From IMG/VR virus record IMGVR_UViG_3300037423_000781, positions 1 to 35,091 of that record: a stretch of 35,091 nucleotides of DNA; one strand, written 5' to 3'. Source of the stretch: a virus (lineage: Duplodnaviria > Caudoviricetes). A program made the translations under genes and the position numbers. Shown one piece after another: positions 35,091 through 35,091 of the stretch (the stretch's first letter is position 1; every line of letters begins with the position of its first letter). Below the pieces are notes generated by a model that was not told the origin of the DNA, made no database searches, and worked only from the letters and a program-made list of their open reading frames with translations.

Positions 35091-35091
35091 G

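Larger units (their letters stand above)
1..35091 (-). mobile_element. Podovirus-like phage/prophage segment (replication, packaging, head, short tail, ejection modules)
   Basis: Colinear terS-terL-portal-scaffold-MCP-adaptor-nozzle-fibre-ejection order. No tape measure or sheath gene, no host housekeeping gene, no integrase, att site or lysis cassette in the window. Confidence 0.95.

Overview
The whole window is a high-GC podovirus-type phage or prophage segment, probably from an alphaproteobacterial host (inferred from composition and gene style only). Almost all genes lie on the minus strand and many are translationally coupled. In transcription order (right to left): the 3' part of a C5-cytosine methyltransferase read in two overlapping frames, a DnaB-like helicase, a DHH/DHHA1 phosphoesterase, an EndoVII-type nuclease, small ORFs, TerS and a Mom-like GNAT. 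Next comes a terminase large subunit split into two genes about 2.8 kb apart, then portal, scaffold, N4-gp56-type major capsid, decoration proteins, adaptor, nozzle and fibres. The last block is an ejection-protein module ending in a >1639-codon polyvalent protein (InPase, ART-PolyVal, HExxH) that the ORF track missed because it has no stop in the window. Three genes run on the plus strand: two secreted morons and an orphan BrnA-like RHH protein. Best leads: (1) three perfect, co-varying 23-bp palindromes at the WPTP repeats of the dual-frame methyltransferase; (2) the split TerL; (3) a codon-biased 64-aa gene nested out of frame in the giant protein; (4) a homing footprint at the DHH/EndoVII junction. 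All calls come from reading motifs by eye; no database searches were run.
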